This document shows, piece after piece, positions 59,687-64,000 of a DNA stretch of 64,000 nt. The translations under genes and the position numbers were made by a program. Every line of letters starts with the position of its first letter. Position 1 is the stretch's first letter. Location of the stretch: contig OY760175.1 of the NCBI GenBank assembly GCA_963663165.1, forward strand, positions 6,272,001-6,336,000. Direction: 5' to 3'. The notes beneath the pieces are model-generated. The model ran no database searches and was not told the origin of the DNA. It worked only from the letters and a program-made list of their open reading frames with translations. This DNA comes from an uncultured Desulfospira sp. GTDB taxonomy: Bacteria > Desulfobacterota > Desulfobacteria > Desulfobacterales > Desulfobacteraceae.

Positions 59687-60345
59687 AGGCAGATTTTATC
59701 AGTGACAAACGAAGGGTATCATACCTGAGCGCCACTTATAGCCGGATCTACCGGGGCCGGAGCGTACTCATTGAGGGAGATTTTGGAGCGGGAAAAACCA
59801 GGTTTTTAAAACTGCTTCGTCCCAAAAAACTTCATGCCGTATGGGTAGAGTCCCTGTTCAACATACACGAAACCCTGGCATCCATACTCAAAGAATTGAA
59901 CTATGACACCACAGCCACATATCGCAGAACTCCCCAGTACCTGAAAATGATCTGCAACCTGTCCAACTGCTTTATTATTATTGATGAGGCCAATGATCTG
60001 GATACCAGGGTCTGGCCATATCTTAAGCGGATCATTGATGCCGGTGTTCCTATTGTTTTTGCAGGGCTTCCAAAGGTCAGGACCTATTTGATTCGCAATC
60101 ACCCTGATATCCTCAGCCGGTTGAAAACCCTGATTTTATATCCCATAGAGGTTGAGGGCTTTATCGAACAATATAAAGATATCCAGCAGGAAGCCGTTGA
60201 GCAAATTTATATGGCGGTCAAAGGCGACATGCGTAAATTTAAAGAAATCTGTACTGACTGCCGGGACAAGGCAAAGGAATTGAACCACCAATTTGTTGAC
60301 ATTAATCTTGCCCTGGAGTTTATATCTGACCTTCCTCCCCAGTAA
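59683..60345 (+). CDS. AAA+ ATPase (MuB/TnsC/ExeA-like)
   Basis: GDFGAGKT, IIIDEA; highly similar to 55406-56068. Confidence 0.85.
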   Translation: MKADFISDKRRVSYLSATYSRIYRGRSVLIEGDFGAGKTRFLKLLRPKKLHAVWVESLFNIHETLASILKELNYDTTATYRRTPQYLKMICNLSNCFIIIDEANDLDTRVWPYLKRIIDAGVPIVFAGLPKVRTYLIRNHPDILSRLKTLILYPIEVEGFIEQYKDIQQEAVEQIYMAVKGDMRKFKEICTDCRDKAKELNHQFVDINLALEFISDLPPQ

Positions 60346-60368
60346 TCCCTGAAAAGTAGATCCGTAAA

Positions 60369-60407
60369 AACAGGCCACTTCTGATTTAACCGGAAGATGG
60401 CCTGTTT
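60369..60407 (+). terminator. Hairpin after the ATPase gene
   Basis: AACAGGCCA-CTTC...GAAG-ATGGCCTGTT; counterpart in element 1 at ~56094-56130. Confidence 0.55.
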
Positions 60408-60628
60408 ATATTTTGACCTTAATTGATTAACGCAATTTTTCGCCTGGATATACCTGTGAAAATCAGGGAACCACAGATTGTTTTTGAATCTTTTTTGAAC
60501 CGTTACATTAATTTGCAACTTTCAATATTTTTGACTGCCAACCTAACCTACTAAATTTATATGAAAAACCATTTCTTTTTTGAAATAATGAACGAAAAAA
60601 AATCCGTTACATTATTTGAATGTGAGCA

Positions 60629-61336
60629 GGCGCACGGCCAAAGGCCCTGGTGCAAAAAGATGACGGGTCCTGCTGGATTGCAAAATTCCCCCGGCTGAGG
60701 GATCAGTTTTCCGTTGAATCCCTTGAAGCTGCCTGTCTTGAGCTTGCCCGTTCCGCAGGCCTGCCTGTCCCTGATTTTCAGATTTATGAGGCCGGGGAAC
60801 GTAAGATTCTACTGGTAAAACGCTTTGACGTTACAGCCCGTGGCGGCCGGAACCACATGATCAGCATGCAAACCCTGCTGAATGCCGACGGGTACTATCA
60901 TTTGTCATATTCCGACGTTTTCAGCCGGATTGCCAAACACAGCTCTCAGGTTTCCCGGGATATGGCACTGATGTTCAGACAGATGGTGTTTAATACGGCC
61001 ATGGGCAACACCGACGATCATTTAAAAAACTTTTTCATGCTGCACACCGGACAGGGTTTTGAAATGTCCCCGGTATACGACCTGCTGCCGGACATTTTTT
61101 TTAACCGGGAACACCAGTTATCCTTTCCATACTCCGGCACCCTGCCGCCGGATCGGCAAATTTATGAAAAAATCGGGAAAGAATTGCATATCCCTGATCC
61201 GGGGAAGGTTCTTGACCAGGTGTATAACGCCGTATCTGAATGGAAGACCGTTTTCCAGGAAATAGGTGTTCCTGAAACCGATATCCTGAGGCTTGAACCG
61301 GATATCTCAAGACGGCTGGCAAAGATTAAATCTTAG
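60629..61336 (+). pseudogene. hipA: hipA copy 2: kinase core and tail, 5' part removed at the transposon end
   Basis: GARPKA, IAKFP, LLVKRFD, GNTDDHLKNF, SPVYDL; begins at the first base after the element 2 right end. Confidence 0.88.
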
Positions 61337-61519
61337 GGTCTGATACAGCGTTCACAGCGGGGCAACGCCTCAACATAATAAATAATAGTCCGGGGTTTTG
61401 AATCAGGCCTCACTGCATTTTTTTAACGTAGTCCCCCATCAGGAATTTTTAATACCCCCCTGCAATGCTTCTGTCATTGAACGCTGATTCTAAATCGGCT
61501 CGGGCAACATAAATACCAT
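61072..61519 (+). repeat. ~450-bp direct repeat, copy 2
   Basis: Aligns with 48761-49209. Confidence 0.93.
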
Positions 61520-61727
61520 AACCGTCAATTAAATCGACATCTTCTGCTTTGATTCCTAATTCTTGATAGATTTCAACTACATTTTTATTCATTTCACCAT
61601 CAGCAGAGTAAGTTACATTAAATAAGTCTTTATCATAACTACTTGTAATTGTATATGCATCTGCTGATTTTGCTATAATTGCAGGAGCAATAAGTGATAA
61701 TGCTGCAGCTGCAATTTTTGTTTTTAA

Positions 61728-63266
61728 CCCTACAACGTAACTTAGGGTGTATTCTTTCTATCAAGAAGCCTCCTTTTTCGATGCGATAGATATGCAGCGT
61801 GATTGCGCCTTTGGTAATACAAAACCGATTGTATAACGGTATGAAAATGACAAGGTCTCAATGGCAAAACCACCTCCATTAGTATTCTAAGCTGCGACAC
61901 TGTAATAGATGGAGCTTTTTTTTCCCATCCTGATTTTCAGGTGCCACAAGAAAAAATGTGCAAGCATGCACGTTATTATATGATGATTCCAGCCTGGGTA
62001 TTTACGGACCTCATAATGATCCATGCCGAGTTCAGTCTTGGTTTCCTCAAAACACTGTTCAATTGCCCAACGAATACCACTAAGCCATACAAAAAGCTTT
62101 AATCTGGCACTAACCCCGGCATTGCTAAGGAAAAATTTATAATCCGGGGATTTCCCAAGGGTTCGCCTCATGATCAGCCACACCGATTTTGTAGGCGTGT
62201 TTCCTTTGGAAAGTACCACTCGTCTTTTGGTAAATTCATATTCAATAGGTCCTTTGGTACCTTCAGATACTTTCCGGCGGTACCAGAAAAAATCATTTAT
62301 ATTTTTTGCGATAGTTTTGACATCGACCGGCTTTTTGGAGGATTTTTCAACAACTATTTTTGTACGCTGCTCTCCTTTGTATTTGTAAGTTTTTTCAACG
62401 GTAATAGGTCTGTTAAACCAGCATTGAGTATTACAAGGAACTTCTACAAAATAGGTCAAATCCGGATGTTGCTCAACAGCTTCAATAAAATCATCACTGT
62501 TGCCATACAATGAATCCGCGGTAACATACTTAAACGGCACGATGGCTTCTTCTGCGAGTTCGTTCAACATTTCGGAAGCCAATTGCGGTTTTGTCTTAAA
62601 CGAAACAGACTCAGGCAGTTTGCACTTTTTTCTTCCCTGTTTGTGATCGTCTTTAAACCATAGTTCAGGTATAAACAGTCGTTTATCAATCAATCCGTAG
62701 CCCTTTGGGGAAGCATAGGCTGCAAAAACACCCACTTGGCTGTTTTCAACCTTGCCGACATTCCCGCAATATTGTCTGGCAACACCGATGGATTCATTGC
62801 CTTTTTTAACAAAACCGCTTTCATCAAAAATAAGAACGCCGTCAGGTGTCCCCATATCTTCATTTATGAGATTACGATACTTGGCCATAATATTGGCGTC
62901 ATTCCATTCAGTATCGCTAATAAAACGCTGCATTGCCCTAACATTGCCATCTTCAACGGCCAGAGCAATGGGTTCAATTGATTTTCTTTCCAGGTCACTA
63001 AATTGCCCAGCCATATACCTGAAAAAATGTTCCCTTGACTCAGAACGATGAAAACAGTCGTGGAAAATTTCATGAAACCCTTTAAGTTCATTGAAAAAAT
63101 TTTTTACATCCCCTTCACAGATATCAAATTTGGGGATAGGATAAAGGTACTCATCTTTTCGGATTTCAGGCAACATACTCTACCTCCTATATAAAAGTTA
63201 TATTGCGGAGTGTAGCAGATTATGTTACCTAAAACAATAATATTAAATATAAGTCACGTTGTAGGG
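61728..63266 (-). mobile_element. IS701-family insertion sequence (1539 bp)
   Basis: 17-bp inverted repeats CCCTACAACGT(A/G)ACTTA; TTAA duplicated at 61724-61727 and 63267-63270. Confidence 0.93.
61887..63176 (-). CDS. IS701-family transposase
   Basis: LIFDESGFVKKG, GVARQYCG...NSQ, ADSLYG, RWAIEQCFEETKTELGMDHYEVR. Confidence 0.93.
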   Translation of the reverse strand: MLPEIRKDEYLYPIPKFDICEGDVKNFFNELKGFHEIFHDCFHRSESREHFFRYMAGQFSDLERKSIEPIALAVEDGNVRAMQRFISDTEWNDANIMAKYRNLINEDMGTPDGVLIFDESGFVKKGNESIGVARQYCGNVGKVENSQVGVFAAYASPKGYGLIDKRLFIPELWFKDDHKQGRKKCKLPESVSFKTKPQLASEMLNELAEEAIVPFKYVTADSLYGNSDDFIEAVEQHPDLTYFVEVPCNTQCWFNRPITVEKTYKYKGEQRTKIVVEKSSKKPVDVKTIAKNINDFFWYRRKVSEGTKGPIEYEFTKRRVVLSKGNTPTKSVWLIMRRTLGKSPDYKFFLSNAGVSARLKLFVWLSGIRWAIEQCFEETKTELGMDHYEVRKYPGWNHHIITCMLAHFFLWHLKIRMGKKSSIYYSVAA

Positions 63267-63746
63267 TTAATCCCTTTACCATTTTTAATTAGCAATAAAT
63301 ATTTTTAAAATGAAAAATTTAATTTTTTAAAACAAAAAGTCATCTTCGTCTTTCAACGGTGCGTTTCCTGCCAACCATGCACTCTATCCTTCTTCCGGTC
63401 AGGGTTGATGTTTACTTTCTGTCTCAGGAACAGAATGCAATTAGTATGCCATGCTTTGTCTTCCCATCATACAAGGCGATTGTTTGCCATAACATATTGT
63501 TTTCTATATTCTTAGCGCATAAGGCCGGTCCTGGTGCCCTTTCTTCCCTTATCGAAGGTAATATAGCCAATTGAGAAAAAAAAGTAACACATTGGGTAAA
63601 AAAATTCCCATAGGGCGAAAAAATATTCACACTTTATTCTAACGTTAATGCTGGGCGTTGTGGGGTAGGGTCGGGCCAAGCTAACCAGCTGTTATTCTAA
63701 AGATTTCATTTAAAAATCTATCCATAACCAGGCTTAATTGAAGGTT

Positions 63747-63771
63747 CCCCCCCCCCCCCCCCCCCCCCCCC
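63747..63771. repeat. C25 homopolymer
   Basis: 25 consecutive C read directly. Confidence 0.9.
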
Positions 63772-64000
63772 AAAGCCCAAAAGCCCTTTTATGGATGAAG
63801 ACCCAAATGAGATTGCCTTAATCAACCCTTTTTTGGCCCAAATTGGCCCAAAAAGGATCGATTAAGACAAAAAAACAGCGCTGTTTTTAGCCTATTTCTT
63901 AGAATATTGGATAGATAGAGTGGCCCGACCCCAAATGCGCCAAATGCAAATGCCGCGGTAACAAAAGCTATTAAAGCTTAGTAATCATTGTACAGACCAT

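Larger units (their letters stand above)
56351..60628 (+). mobile_element. Five-gene DDE/AAA+ transposon, element 2 (4278 bp)
   Basis: Left end TGCTAAGATTCAAAAAATGTAACG vs right end (reverse complement) TGCTCACATTCAAATAATGTAACG, 21/24 identical; right end abuts the hipA GARPK codons. Confidence 0.88.
61449..63282 (-). pseudogene. Secreted-protein gene interrupted by IS701
   Basis: Removing the IS and one TTAA restores MVKGLKTKIAAAALSLIAPAIIAKSADA-YTITSSYDKDLF..., which has a signal peptide; the 3' end runs into the direct repeat. Confidence 0.7.

Noticed and set aside
52242..60345. Prophage or plasmid replicon interpretation
   Set aside because: No structural, TOPRIM, helicase or tyrosine/serine integrase genes; terminal IRs fit a transposon
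52038..60635. Target-site duplication around the transposon pair
   Set aside because: Left flank AATCCGA, spacer CA and right flank GGCGCAC do not match
63359..63630. Two short overlapping ORFs
   Set aside because: No recognisable motif or clear RBS

Overview
Bacterial chromosomal window; gene content and composition suggest a sulfate-reducing deltaproteobacterium (Desulfobacteraceae-like; inferred, not verified). 1-47.8 kb is mostly ordinary GC-rich chromosome: tRNA-Arg(CCG), GT4 + methyltransferase, a periplasmic binding protein with a hybrid histidine kinase, a LarA-like/FAD-FeS oxidoreductase pair, HisJ phosphatase, an Amt-PAS-GGDEF-EAL fusion, a TetR-regulated RND pump, two VPxP-CTERM secreted proteins, Usp/NhaC/SBP, amidohydrolase, radical SAM, nitrilase, and an acyl-CoA synthetase/iorAB/paaK/TRAP cluster. 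Intergenic spaces hold several REP/MITE-like and 6-7-mer repeat families. 48-64 kb is an AT-richer accessory region: hipB, two complementary broken hipA copies forming a ~450-bp direct repeat, a zeta-toxin-like pair, a DUF262 pseudogene, an IdeS/Mac-like protease, and an IS701 (TTAA duplication) inside a secreted-protein gene. The best candidate for an undescribed system is a pair of related ~4.3-kb five-gene transposons (52045-56348 and 56351-60628: Zn-finger, primase-type Zn ribbon, HTH protein, DDE transposase, AAA+ ATPase). They have TG...CA ends, repeated subterminal sites and position-conserved ACCCCGC boxes, and are joined end-to-end with a 2-bp spacer; one carries a 3-unit, ~70-bp-period repeat array. 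All calls come from reading motifs by eye; no searches were run.
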